The notes beneath the pieces were generated by a model. It was not told the origin of the DNA. It saw only the letters and a list, made by a program, of their open reading frames with translations, and did not search any database. Below are positions 10,159 through 21,000 of a stretch of DNA of 64,000 nucleotides, in pieces. Source of the stretch: a virus; the IMG/VR virus record IMGVR_UViG_3300020469_000002, positions 10,928 through 74,927 of that record; one strand, written 5' to 3'. The position numbers were made by a program, and so were the translations under genes. Every line of letters starts with the position of its first letter. Positions within the stretch are counted from its first letter, which is position 1.

Positions 10159-10688
10159 GAAACGGTATCAGCGGTGTCGGGGTGGTGCTCGAAGCCTCAA
10201 ATCTTCAGCCTTCTGATTGGAGCGCGATGCACAGGCTTGATGCTGTGATTTCTGCTCCCTTCCCTGCTCGCTACGATCAGGACATCTTCTGCTTGGTGTT
10301 TCAGTCCGAAGATGATGCAGAGGACGCAGATACCATTCGAACTGCTGATGCATTACGAATCGTCTTCATCGGCAAGCCGGGAAAGAAAACACTCGCTGCG
10401 TTGATCGCGCGACACGAACCATCTGGTCTCGTGAAAGCGTTTGTGGTTGATACGACGGTTTTCTGTTTTCGTGTGTACTGGAAAGATTGGCAGCCGCCTT
10501 TGATTGAGAAGTCTCCTAACTTTGAGACCCGAGCGATGAAGTGCGTGACAGAGACACACGCTCAGAAACGCTCTCAGAAGCGCGCTCAGTCTTCGCGAGC
10601 GAAGAAGACGCGCAACGTGTCAGACAACAGCACGACAAGCAGCACAGACGCAGACAGACGCGCTACCGATGCTGCTGGGGATGAATAG
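10155..10688 (+). CDS. Hypothetical protein with low-complexity C-terminus
   Basis: ATGA overlap with rmlB, GGAGG upstream; ends immediately before the next ATG. Confidence 0.6.
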   Translation: MRNGISGVGVVLEASNLQPSDWSAMHRLDAVISAPFPARYDQDIFCLVFQSEDDAEDADTIRTADALRIVFIGKPGKKTLAALIARHEPSGLVKAFVVDTTVFCFRVYWKDWQPPLIEKSPNFETRAMKCVTETHAQKRSQKRAQSSRAKKTRNVSDNSTTSSTDADRRATDAAGDE

Positions 10689-11198
10689 ATGCACGCTTCG
10701 ATTTGCGCATGGGTCACACAGCTTCGACGAAAGTACCCGAAGCACTTTGATGTCGGCTGTAGAGTGCTCGAATACGGATCACGAGATGTGAACGGAAGCG
10801 TTCGACCATATTTCATGGCTCCGAAAGAGTACGTCGGGATCGACTGCTACGCTGGCCCGTGCGTTGACGTGGTTGGGGTTGCTCACGAGTATGAGCCGAA
10901 AAAGGCGAACTTCGATGTCGTGATCACGACGGAAATGCTGGAGCACGACCCGCACTGGAAGCTCACGCTGGAACATGCTGCGCGTATGCTTCGATCTGGT
11001 GGTCTTCTGATCTTGACCTGCGCGGCACCCAAGCGACCCCCACACAACCACTCAGACAGCCCGACTCCCGGGTACTATGAGAACCGTACACCGGCTGAAG
11101 TAGTTGACGAGCTTTCCAAGCACTGCAAATGGAAAGAACTCGACGCATGGCTGGAGCGAGCAGACTTGGATCTGCACTGCGTAGGAATCAAGAAGTGA
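10689..11198 (+). CDS. Class I SAM-dependent methyltransferase (glycan-associated type)
   Basis: VLEYGSRDVNGS, YVGID..AGP.VD, FDVVITTEMLEHDP.W, LRSGGLLILT. Confidence 0.85.
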   Translation: MHASICAWVTQLRRKYPKHFDVGCRVLEYGSRDVNGSVRPYFMAPKEYVGIDCYAGPCVDVVGVAHEYEPKKANFDVVITTEMLEHDPHWKLTLEHAARMLRSGGLLILTCAAPKRPPHNHSDSPTPGYYENRTPAEVVDELSKHCKWKELDAWLERADLDLHCVGIKK

Positions 11199-11821
11199 GC
11201 ACCGTTACCTCGATGGCGACGAGATACTGGACCTTCTATCGAAGGACCGCGTTCGTCGTAGACAGCACGACTCTCGCCGCCACAATCGCGGTGTCGAGAA
11301 ACCTTGACTCGGCTGCTCACATCGACTTGGTGGTCACACTCGATACTGGTGGAAGCATCAACGCAACGATCACGATCGTCGGGACAGACTCAGCGGGAAG
11401 CTCTACAACAGAGGCGATTGCCTTCACGGGAGCCGGTGCGCGTTCATCTACGAAAAGATGGTCGAGCATCACAGAGTTGCAGGTCTCGGGAAGCTACACT
11501 GGGGCGACGATTAAAGCACGCGCCGCAAGTGCAGACGGAACAGCAAACCTGATTCGATACGTCGCCGCGTCGAGCAGACCAATCGCCTTTGCGTTTGCAG
11601 GAGCAGCGAAGTACCCAGCACTGAATCAGGGGTCCCACGAGCTTGATCAGGGCACAGTTTTGATTGACTATGAAGAAGTCTGGACGCCCAGAGTCGGGGA
11701 CATCGCGATCGACGATCAGAACAACGAAGAGTGGGAGATTCGCGGGGTGAGACAGCAAATCTTGGGCTTCGGGGTTCGACCACACCACTACCGGCTACAT
11801 GCAACGATACTGGACTCGTAA
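11195..11821 (+). CDS. Putative head-closure protein with N-terminal beta-sandwich extension
   Basis: GTGA overlap; C-terminal PRVGD.AID...EEWEIRGV...HHYRL resembles head-closure proteins; position fits. Confidence 0.5.
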   Translation: MSTVTSMATRYWTFYRRTAFVVDSTTLAATIAVSRNLDSAAHIDLVVTLDTGGSINATITIVGTDSAGSSTTEAIAFTGAGARSSTKRWSSITELQVSGSYTGATIKARAASADGTANLIRYVAASSRPIAFAFAGAAKYPALNQGSHELDQGTVLIDYEEVWTPRVGDIAIDDQNNEEWEIRGVRQQILGFGVRPHHYRLHATILDS

Positions 11822-11854
11822 TACACACTACGCCGCAGAAACCTTGGAGGTTCA

Positions 11855-14659
11855 ATGGCTACACAGTGGAAGCGTGACGAAACGAACAGCACGCTGATCA
11901 TCATTCCCACGATGGGCAACCCGTCTCTCATCTTGCCCGCAGTACAGCGGGTGGTGATGCACAGCGGGTCTGAGTCTTTTCATCTTTGCATCGTTGCGAA
12001 CCCACAGTGGGAGCATCGAGACGCAGTTGCCGCTGCCGAGCGTCAATGTCGGGTGATTGTCGAGGCGACAAACGCGCTTCGAGAAAACAAGATTCACCTG
12101 ACTTGGGAGCAGATGCCGGGACCTGCTGGATGGGTTGGCGCTGTTAATCAGGGTGTAGAGGTTGTCTCACAGCGCACAGGTCTTCCAGAGCACATCGTTG
12201 TCATGAACGACGATCTTCTGGTGACTGCTGGCTGGACTGATCGACTTCGTGCTGCGTTCGAGACTGAAAATGTCCATCTTCGAATCGAGCTTGTGACGCA
12301 TGGGCAGCGGTATCTCGAAGGAGACGGGCACAGCGCGAAGGCATACGGCAAGATCGGAATGGTTGGTCCGGTGAGCGCGAATGTCGCTGGTGCTCAGAAT
12401 CTTCAGCCCCCGTCTGCACGCGTTCCATCCGGTGCTCTTTTCGAGATTGACCCAGCGCAAGCTCTCGATGACTTCGCGGTTCAGAACGCTGATCAGAACG
12501 ATGGTGTCGTGCTTTCCGCAGACTTCTTGTCTGGCTTCTGCACCATGTATACGCGGGACTGCTTCATCGCGCTTTGCGAGGACAGCGATGACGGGCTTCT
12601 GCTCGACCCGACATACCGAATCGGTGGTTTTGACGACAACGATGTCAGTGCCCGAGCCAGCATCCTTGGCTATCGGTTGGGAATCGCGGTCGACTGCTAC
12701 GTGCATCATCTTGGACATCGCACCTTGGACAAGGTGTATCCATCGCAAGCGCGAGGATTGGCGAACGCGCCACACTTCCTGAAGAAGTGGATGCCTCGAA
12801 CCAAGCGAGATCAGCGACTCGTCGCCGTCTATCGAGTGGGCTTCTCTACATCGTGGGACATCACTATGTTCCGCACTTCACTCGAACGCACTGCCGAGCT
12901 TGTCGATGGCATCGCGGTTCTCGTGACCAACAATCCTAACGACATTCATCGTCATTCGTCGTTTCGGCTGGGCGAGCTTGGCCCTGATGAAGCAGAGCTT
13001 GTTGCGTCTACTGGACCAGACTACCCCGACAAAAAGAGTCCGATCGAAAAGTGGCTCAAAACGGTCGTGGACACAGAGAAGGTCGATCTCGCAGTAGAGT
13101 TTCGAGACTCTGAAAAGCATGAGTGGAACGAACGAGACGAGCGAAACCAAGCAATCGAGCTTGCCGAGAGTCTGAGTCCAGACTGGATGATCTCGATCGA
13201 TCATGACGAAATCGTGGAAGATCGTGTCACTCGCGAAAGTCTCGCTCGACTGATGCGTCACCCAAACCCACTCGTTCAGTCATACGACATCGGGTTTTTG
13301 ACTCACTGGGACACTCCGCGTCTTCACCGCACAGATCGACCATACGCAAACGGCTACTCGTCGAATATGCGCGGTTTTCGTATGTGGCGATTCAACGCTG
13401 CTTCTCCCGCACGAATCCAGACCGGTACTCGAAAGGGTCTGCACTGCGGGAACGTCCCGCCGTTCAGTGAAACGTCGCAGCGAGTATCGGGCATCCGTAT
13501 GCGTCACTTCGGCTACTTGCGAGGCAGTGATCGTCTGCGGAAGTTCAAACGATACGCGGCTTGGATGGACCCGAATCCAAACGATCGACTGACTGGTGGT
13601 GGATACGGGCATATTCTCTGTGAAGAGGGCATGGAGATCAACGCGTACAGCCCGCGAAACGGAATCGTCTTCTCGATGCTCATGCACTCGGGCGAGCGTT
13701 CGTGGGATCTGTACCGTCACTTGGATACTCTGTACGGTCTCGTAGACAAGATCATTCTCGTGTGGACTGACTCTGCTGAGATCCCTGATGACATTCGCAC
13801 AATCGCAGACGCGTTTGAGTGCAAGTGGGTGCATTCTCCATTCGAGGAGTCTTCGTCTCTCGCGAAGTGTCGAAACGCAGCGATTGATCTTGCTCACGAA
13901 GAGGGTGTTCAGTCTCTACGGTGGATGCTCACTTTCGATCCAGACGAGCATCTGGCTGCACCCGTCAATGATGTGATCGCACTGCGTCGAATGGCCGAAG
14001 TGACAGACTCGCTTGGTTGGATGATGCAGTTTCGCAATCACCGATCAGACGGTCAGTTCAATATGTCTGAGACTGTTCGGATGTTCACGCTCGATGATCA
14101 ACGAGTCATGCGGTATTCGGGCAGAGTTCACGAACGACTTGAAGACGCGATGAAGGAGCTTGGGTCTCGCGGGATTCACCCGAAGATTCGATACTCTCCC
14201 TTCATCATCAACCACTATGGTCTCGCGAAAAGCGACCAGCAGATGCAGGATAAGCTGGAGAGGTACACGACTCTTCTTCATGCTGCGATCAAGGAAAACC
14301 CATACGAGTGCGGTCACTGGACATCACTCGGGCTTCAATACGCAAATGACGGCGAAGCCCAGAAGTTCGAAGAGTGTATGCGGATCGCTCGCGAGTGCAG
14401 CGGAAGTGCGTATCTTCCGTGGAAAGTCAGCGGTCAACATGCGCTCCGTCAAGCACGCAAGTATTTTGAGCACTGCGTTCAATCACTTGTCCCAAGTCAT
14501 CCATACGCACGCGATCTGACTCGCATTGTCGAGTGGCTTCGCGAGAACGCTCCGGACATGCCTGTTTCTGGTCACGCTCGAACCGGTGCTGCCTCTCCAC
14601 CAAAAATCGACCTCGACGAGCTTCTGGATCGATACAACAATGGAAGTGAGCAGGAGTAG
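11855..14659 (+). CDS. Multidomain glycosyltransferase (three GT2/GT-A domains plus TPR-like tail)
   Basis: Three DxD-type motifs (VMNDD, ISIDHDE, LTFDPDE), with LSGFC/GGFDDND/VHHLGH, RHFGY and GRVHE/INHYG respectively; helical C-terminus. Confidence 0.85.
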   Translation: MATQWKRDETNSTLIIIPTMGNPSLILPAVQRVVMHSGSESFHLCIVANPQWEHRDAVAAAERQCRVIVEATNALRENKIHLTWEQMPGPAGWVGAVNQGVEVVSQRTGLPEHIVVMNDDLLVTAGWTDRLRAAFETENVHLRIELVTHGQRYLEGDGHSAKAYGKIGMVGPVSANVAGAQNLQPPSARVPSGALFEIDPAQALDDFAVQNADQNDGVVLSADFLSGFCTMYTRDCFIALCEDSDDGLLLDPTYRIGGFDDNDVSARASILGYRLGIAVDCYVHHLGHRTLDKVYPSQARGLANAPHFLKKWMPRTKRDQRLVAVYRVGFSTSWDITMFRTSLERTAELVDGIAVLVTNNPNDIHRHSSFRLGELGPDEAELVASTGPDYPDKKSPIEKWLKTVVDTEKVDLAVEFRDSEKHEWNERDERNQAIELAESLSPDWMISIDHDEIVEDRVTRESLARLMRHPNPLVQSYDIGFLTHWDTPRLHRTDRPYANGYSSNMRGFRMWRFNAASPARIQTGTRKGLHCGNVPPFSETSQRVSGIRMRHFGYLRGSDRLRKFKRYAAWMDPNPNDRLTGGGYGHILCEEGMEINAYSPRNGIVFSMLMHSGERSWDLYRHLDTLYGLVDKIILVWTDSAEIPDDIRTIADAFECKWVHSPFEESSSLAKCRNAAIDLAHEEGVQSLRWMLTFDPDEHLAAPVNDVIALRRMAEVTDSLGWMMQFRNHRSDGQFNMSETVRMFTLDDQRVMRYSGRVHERLEDAMKELGSRGIHPKIRYSPFIINHYGLAKSDQQMQDKLERYTTLLHAAIKENPYECGHWTSLGLQYANDGEAQKFEECMRIARECSGSAYLPWKVSGQHALRQARKYFEHCVQSLVPSHPYARDLTRIVEWLRENAPDMPVSGHARTGAASPPKIDLDELLDRYNNGSEQE

Positions 14660-14663
14660 TGTC

Positions 14664-15188
14664 ATGGAAGTTGAGATCAGATTCCCAGAAATGGGGACAA
14701 CGCTGAAGGACATCGACAAGTTCGGCAGCAAGAAGGCATCAAAGGCAAAGAAGAAGGCACTCCAGAACGCTGGAGCAGTCTTGAAGATTGCGATCCAACA
14801 ACATCTGAGCTTGACTACCTACACGCTCGCAGATCTCGAACGTATGGACCACCCATATGCGAAGCGACACGGATCAATCAAAGTTCATCCATCTCGACCG
14901 TTTGTGGTTCATCAAAGAAGCACGAAAATGCGCAACTCCGTCACGAGTGAGTCGAAGTGGCGAGCAGGCGGGTACGGCGGTGGAGGTGGGTGGGGGCAGC
15001 TTGTCGGACTTGACTACGGAAAGGAAAAATACTTCAAGTACGTGATCGAAGGAACCAACAAGATGCTTCCTCGAAACACTGTTTTCATGGTGAGTCAGCT
15101 TAAAAGTGTTCGCAAGGGCATGATGATGGCTGTTGTTCAAACGCTCGGTCGTCAGCTTCGCACCAAAGCAACTGTGAGATTCAAATAA
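14664..15188 (+). CDS. Tail completion protein (HK97 gp10-like)
   Basis: Basic protein, KALQNAGAVL, Y.KYVIEGTNKMLPR; position before the tail terminator. Confidence 0.65.
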   Translation: MEVEIRFPEMGTTLKDIDKFGSKKASKAKKKALQNAGAVLKIAIQQHLSLTTYTLADLERMDHPYAKRHGSIKVHPSRPFVVHQRSTKMRNSVTSESKWRAGGYGGGGGWGQLVGLDYGKEKYFKYVIEGTNKMLPRNTVFMVSQLKSVRKGMMMAVVQTLGRQLRTKATVRFK

Positions 15189-15604
15189 TGCCTGCCGCAA
15201 GTCTCGCAGACGCGAAGTTTCTGATTCGTGATGTTCTACTCAATGACAGCGATGTTTCTGCCATTGTTGGTGGTCGCGTATTCGGTGCTCATCTTCAAGA
15301 TCCTGATGCACGAACAGTCGAGTACCCGATCGTGATTTTGGATCTTCGATCTGGAGTCGCCTCTACTTCAAGTGTTTCACGAGCAACGCTCGATCTGTGG
15401 GCATACTCGCGGAAGAGTGGTGGAGACGCGTTGCGACTCTACGATGCTTGTCAAAAGGCGCTTCAGCAGGAGCTTCTTCGTCGAGAAGGGATCGCAGTTG
15501 CCGGTTACGTGGTTGAGCAGAACAGACCCAATGAAGGCTGGAATGACAACGTGCGCGCCTACTACGCGCAGGGTGATTTCACCGTTCGCACTGTCAACAG
15601 GTGA
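15188..15604 (+). CDS. Tail terminator protein
   Basis: IRDVLLND.DVSAIVGGRVF, EYPIVIL, LDLWAYS; position. Confidence 0.7.
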   Translation: MPAASLADAKFLIRDVLLNDSDVSAIVGGRVFGAHLQDPDARTVEYPIVILDLRSGVASTSSVSRATLDLWAYSRKSGGDALRLYDACQKALQQELLRREGIAVAGYVVEQNRPNEGWNDNVRAYYAQGDFTVRTVNR

Positions 15605-15607
15605 AAA

Positions 15608-15838
15608 ATGCGTAGTCAAGACTGGTCGAACAGCGCCTCGAAACCCACATCCAGACCTCGATCTCGTGTTTTGATTCGATGTCGTACTTGTGATGAGCTT
15701 GTCGAGGTGACTCCCAGCATTTCTGCTGAAACATTCGCAGAAGCGCAACGAGAAGGAAAGCGTGTAGCGGATTGCTCACGAGTCGTTTCCGCTCGATGTT
15801 CATGCGGAGAGATTTCGTCAACCAGAGGGGCTCTCTGA
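15608..15838 (+). CDS. Small zinc-ribbon protein
   Basis: CRTC...CSCG. Confidence 0.45.
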   Translation: MRSQDWSNSASKPTSRPRSRVLIRCRTCDELVEVTPSISAETFAEAQREGKRVADCSRVVSARCSCGEISSTRGAL

Positions 15839-15956
15839 TGCACGCTCATTTCGCAAACTGTCATGGTGAATGGATCATCGTCGCAACCATTTTCACTCAT
15901 TGTGCTGTGATGGTCAGTTGGCTGCGTTGCCGATTCGTTTCGTCGGAAGGTGATTC

Positions 15957-16292
15957 GTGAGTGTTGAGGATAAGCCCGAAGATCGGCTCACTCAGATGGA
16001 GCGCGTTGTTGCAGAGCAAGAGCAAGCGATCCATATGATTTTTGCTACAGTTCAAGCGATGCGTCGTGGAGATGCAGAGCAGACGCCTCAGCAGGACCGT
16101 GCCCCAATGCGGGACGAGATCTGGTCTTGCTCAAACTGCTCTGCTCGTCTCGGGCTCTACAACAAAGAACGAGAAGAAATGCGCGTTCGATACAAGGACT
16201 TTCTCGTTTACGTGAAGCCCGGTGTGGGTGGAGTGCTTCGCGTCCCGTGTAGACGTTGCGGAGAAGAGAACATTCTGAATAGTACAGACTGA
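15957..16292 (+). CDS. Coiled coil plus zinc-ribbon protein (Mu Com-like)
   Basis: WSCSNCSARLG...VPCRRCGEEN; GGAAGG upstream. Confidence 0.6.
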   Translation: MSVEDKPEDRLTQMERVVAEQEQAIHMIFATVQAMRRGDAEQTPQQDRAPMRDEIWSCSNCSARLGLYNKEREEMRVRYKDFLVYVKPGVGGVLRVPCRRCGEENILNSTD

Positions 16293-16409
16293 CTCTCTGC
16301 TGATCGACGCGTACTGGCGAATGTTCCTCACTCGTGGTAGAACAGAGTCCAGCACGACGCCATACGAAGGCGCACGCGATCTCCATCTACGAACCTCTCG
16401 GAGCACGCG

Positions 16410-16964
16410 ATGCCGTTCAACGTACCTACCGTCACCACAAGCGACATTTCCTTCGGCCCAGCGGTCGTCTATCTCGGAGCAGCAGGCGCGACTCCGAGTG
16501 TTGATGTCGGGGCAATCACCGAGGATGGGGTCTCTGTCGAGATCACCAGTGAAAAGCGATACATCGCTCAGGGCAACCCTCGGATCAACTACTACAACTT
16601 CACTCAGGCTCAGTCCGTCATGGTCGGCTTCACGTCGATCGAATGGGACTTCGAGAACTTTGTGAAGGCACTCGGAGCAGGTGTCACCACCGGCAGTGGT
16701 GCAAGCCCCGACACTTTCTCGTTTGGCGGTGACCCGCTGGTCGATGAGGTTGCGATTCATGTTCAGCACTACATGGCGAGCAGTGGAAACACTCTCAACG
16801 TGTACGTGTGGAAGGCAACAAGTGAGCAGGGTCTCACGATGCCATTCGGTCAAGATGAGCACCAGTTCGAGTTCAAGTTCACCGCGCTTGCGTCGAACAC
16901 TGAATGGAACGGTGGTGCTACCGCTGCGTCCACACGCCTGATCAAGCTGTCTCGCGAAGCGTGA
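16410..16964 (+). CDS. Major tail tube protein
   Basis: ISFGPAVVYLG...DVGAITEDGV; size and position before chaperone and tape measure. Confidence 0.8.
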   Translation: MPFNVPTVTTSDISFGPAVVYLGAAGATPSVDVGAITEDGVSVEITSEKRYIAQGNPRINYYNFTQAQSVMVGFTSIEWDFENFVKALGAGVTTGSGASPDTFSFGGDPLVDEVAIHVQHYMASSGNTLNVYVWKATSEQGLTMPFGQDEHQFEFKFTALASNTEWNGGATAASTRLIKLSREA

Positions 16965-17151
16965 TCTATAGTGTCGCTCACAGTGCGAGATTCGCGCTGT
17001 GAGCGATTCTGATCGCTGCACTGACGAATGATGCACGCTCGACGCTTGCGCTCACACAGCGAGCGGCGAGCGTCGCTTCTGCGCGTCTGCGGTATGTCGC
17101 TGGACTACATGCTCGGCAAACGCTACACTGCGACAACGCCCTGGAGGTGAA

Positions 17152-17649
17152 ATGTCTGAAGTGTCTCAGCCCGATCAAGAGCCTACTGTTCCAGTCGATT
17201 TTCTCGACAACCTCGAAAAGCTGCTTTCAAAGCTGGTTCCACCGTCAAGCGTGACCGTGACGAAGTGCGATGGCACCGAAATCACGCTCCCTGGTGCAAT
17301 CCCAGCACGACGACAGGTCGAGGTCTTCCGTTTGATGCGAGATCTCTCGGAGCAACCTGTTGTGAAACAAGCTCTCGCTGGTGCGGGCACCGGAGCAGCA
17401 GCGAGCATCGTTGACGCAATCCTTCTGTTGGCGATCGACATCGAAGTGGCAGAGTCGCTCGGAAAGATCTTCGACGTTGCATACCCAGGGGTTTTGATCG
17501 ACGAAGACGGCAACAGTCCAGAATCGATCGACGTAATGCCGATTGAGGAGATTGTGGTTGCCCTCGTCCCTTTTTCGGAGAGGTTCATTCGCAGGGTGGG
17601 GGGCGGGTTGTCCGTCCTCGCAGCGAGCGCGATGGACCTCAACGAGTAG
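17152..17649 (+). CDS. Tail assembly chaperone (G-like)
   Basis: GGAGG RBS; position; slippery site near the 3' end. Confidence 0.8.
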   Translation: MSEVSQPDQEPTVPVDFLDNLEKLLSKLVPPSSVTVTKCDGTEITLPGAIPARRQVEVFRLMRDLSEQPVVKQALAGAGTGAAASIVDAILLLAIDIEVAESLGKIFDVAYPGVLIDEDGNSPESIDVMPIEEIVVALVPFSERFIRRVGGGLSVLAASAMDLNE

Positions 17650-17939
17650 AGATCGAAGACATCGAACGCGCGCTCGGGATGCTTTTTTCGAGCGGTTGGC
17701 GACTCGACGATGTTCTCGATCTTTCGTGGACTCAGATCACCGTCGTGGTCTCGTGCGTGTTGTCGTACAAGGTGGAGCAGGCGAATATCGTCACTGACGC
17801 TGTGACCACTGCTCTCGGCGGCAAAGTCGAGAAGAAAGGCTCGAAGCGAAAGCGCCCGAATCGAGCCAAGCAGCAGGAATCAAAAGACCGAGCCGTTCTC
17901 GCTCACTTTGCGAATCACGGATTCGACGTGGGTGTCTAA
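17568..17939 (+). CDS. -1 frameshift extension of the tail chaperone (GT-like product 17152-17939)
   Basis: C CCT TTT (XXXYYYZ) in the chaperone reading frame at 17568-17574; the -1 frame is open from 17547 to 17939. Confidence 0.8.
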   Translation, partial: PFFGEVHSQGGGRVVRPRSERDGPQRVEIEDIERALGMLFSSGWRLDDVLDLSWTQITVVVSCVLSYKVEQANIVTDAVTTALGGKVEKKGSKRKRPNRAKQQESKDRAVLAHFANHGFDVGV

Positions 17940-18007
17940 TCCGATCCAGTCGAGACTTCACGAGTCTCGTTGGATAGAGTGTGAGAGCACTCGAACGGAG
18001 ACGGACA

Positions 18008-21000
18008 ATGGCCGATTCCACCATAGCCAAGCTGTTCGTCGAGCTTGGATTCAAGGACAAGGACTTCAAGAGGGGTCTGAAGAGCACGAAGTCCGGCTTG
18101 AAGAACATGGAGAAAGTCGGTCAACAGATCTCAGGGATCTTTGGCGGAATCGTCGTTCGCGCGTTCAAGGCTGCGACAGCTTCGATCACTGCTCTGGGCG
18201 CGGCGAGTGCTGTTGTTGGCGCGAAGTTCGAGCAGGAGATCACGACCGTTGCGGCTGTTTCTGGTGCGACCGCTGCCGATCTTGAAAGACTGACGAATAC
18301 AGCGAGAGACTTCGGTTCGACAACCACGTACTCAGCGACACAGGCTGCGACCGCTATGCAGTCACTTGCTCGCGCGGGTATGGAAACGAACGAGATCATC
18401 ACAGCTACTGGACCTGCACTGAACCTCGCTGGTGCATCCGGCGAAAGCATGTCTCTTGCTACTGAATCGCTCGCAGCGACGATGGCCCAGTTTTCACTCG
18501 ACGCATCAGAAGCAGGTCGAGTCAGTGACGTGTTCGCAGAGGCTTTGCGTTCCTCTCTCTTCAATCTCGGTTCTCTCCGAGAGGCGATGAAGTACGCAGG
18601 TACCGTTGGTGCCGGCTTCAACATGACACTGGAAGAAACAGTCGCAGCGGTCGCTCAGTTCCGAGATCTTGGTCTCGAAGGCAGCATGGCTGGTACGCAG
18701 TTGCGAATGGCGATGTCTTCCGCGGCACGAGGAACGGAACGAAGCAAAGAGGCACTGAAGAAGCTCGGGCTGGTACAGGCACAGATCAACCCGACAATGA
18801 ACACATTTTCAGAGATTCTAAAGACCGTCGGTGACGCCGGAATCCAAGCCGACGATGCGATCGCAATCTTCGGATCACGCGCTGGCTCGAACATGGCACT
18901 GCTCGCAAAGCAGTTCGCAGCAGGCGGCGAGAAGTACAACGAGTTGCTTTCTAAGTTGGAGACATCAACGGGCACTGCACAGCAGATGTTCGAGGAAATG
19001 ACGGATACAGTGAGAGGTCAGTTCACGATCGCAAGAAGCGCGATGGAAGAGCTATTGATCTCCCTCTTCGACTCGTACAAAGGCCCACTCAAAGACGCTC
19101 TCAGTGCGGTTGCCGAGGTGATTCAAGACATCGCAACCGAGTTCAAACGATCAAGCGATCAAATCGCAGGTACAGCCGAAAGTGTTTTCGGCAGCTTCGC
19201 GAGAGACATTCGAGCGAACAGCGAAGAAATCGCGAAGCAGTTTGTCTCCATCATTGAGTTTGTGACCACTCTGATCGGAATGTTCGCGAGTCTTCGACCG
19301 ATCGCGAAAGAGCTTTTCCTGATCATGACTGCGGTGTTTGCAGTCGGTCAAATCATCGTGTTCATGGCTGTTCTGGGACAGGCAGTTCTTGGCTTTCATT
19401 TGCTCAAAGCCGCAATAATCTCAACCGCAGCGACACTCACAGCGACAACAGGTGGGCTTTACGCGCTTGTGGTTGCGGTTGGAATTCTAATCACAACCGT
19501 CGGGGTGCTGACTGTCAAATACTCTTCTGCTGGTGCGGCGGCAGAGAGGCTGTCGAAAGCACAGGCGGAAATAGACAAGCAAAGAGCGAAAGAAGACGCT
19601 CTTGCGATGGAGGGTGCACAAAACGCTCAGACCATCACCGCAGAGCTAATGCGGCAGAAAGAGCTGGAGTTGAAGTCTCAGAATACTCTTACTGAGTCGT
19701 ACTCTCGACAGTTGAAAATGCTCCAGAAGCTCAGTGCAGAGCAGCTTCGACAGAAAGAGCTTTCTGGTGAAGTCGTTCGAGTCAATCAAGATGGGCAGGA
19801 GGTCTTCAAGACTACCGCGATGCTCGTCGAAGAGGCTTCGAACGCGTCTCTCGGAAGCGCAGACGCGGCAGAACAGCTTTCCGGAGCGATTCGGAATCTG
19901 CAACAGAGTTTCGCAGACAACTCAGCAGAGCTGGAAGCGGGTCACGCAGAGATTGACAAGTACGAAGAGGTGTTGGAGGCAACAGGCGGATCAGTCAAAC
20001 TTGCCGGCGTAGAGTTGAAGTCATTTGGTGGTTCAGTCGAGAAAGCCACCAAGCAGATGGCGTTTCTCGGTGAGAAAAATCAGGTTCTCACAAAGACCTT
20101 TGAAGGGCTCGAAAAGAACATCAAGGAGACCCAACATTCTTTGGCGAGAGGAGAGGTTTCAAAGGCGTTGTTCGTCGAGGGAGAGAATGCAGAAGAGGCA
20201 GCGAAAAAGCTGAAGGAGTACCAAAAGGCACTGGATGCTGCTCGAAAGGCTCGGAAAGATCTCGTAGATCAGATGTCGGAGGACTTCACTGCTACCTTCG
20301 AAACGGAAACACAAGCTCGTAGACGCGCACTGGACGAGCAGGTTGCTCTAATCGAGGAGACTTTCGCAAAAGAGATCGCTCTGGTCTCGAAAAACAAGGC
20401 TCTTGTTGAGACACTGGAGCGCCTGAAGCAAGACACGATTCTTCAAGCGAGAATCGTTGCCGGGCACGAGCAGCGAGACGAGACGCAATCTCAGGTAGAC
20501 CAGCTTCTCGATATTCGCAGACATGAAGGTCTGTCTGAAAGCATGATGCGGGCAAAGAACCGCCAGTCCCAACTTGAAGAAATGAAAGCCGCGTTCGTGA
20601 TTGAAGCTGGACTTCATCAAGAGGGTTCTGCTGAAAGACAGGCGGTTCTGGTTCGCGAGCAAGAGGCTCTTTCTGTCCTTCGAAACCAGTTTCGCGCAGA
20701 AGATCTACGAATCGCGTCTGCGACAGCGAAAGAGACAGCGGAAGTAGTCGCAGGGATCGAGAAGCAGGTCACGCTCGAAAACGGTCACGAGTTGACCCGA
20801 ATCAACATGGAGCTTGCAGACGCGAAGAAGTCGATTTCGAAAGGGTCAGCGGACGAGCTTGCTCGTGTAGACGAGATTTATGCTGATCGAGCGAAGAAGG
20901 TTGGTCAGCGAATCAAGGAAGATGCGAAGGCGATTACGGACTCGCGATACGCAGAGCAGCTTGCGTTGACGAGAGAGAAGGAAGAAGCACTCGCGAAGAT

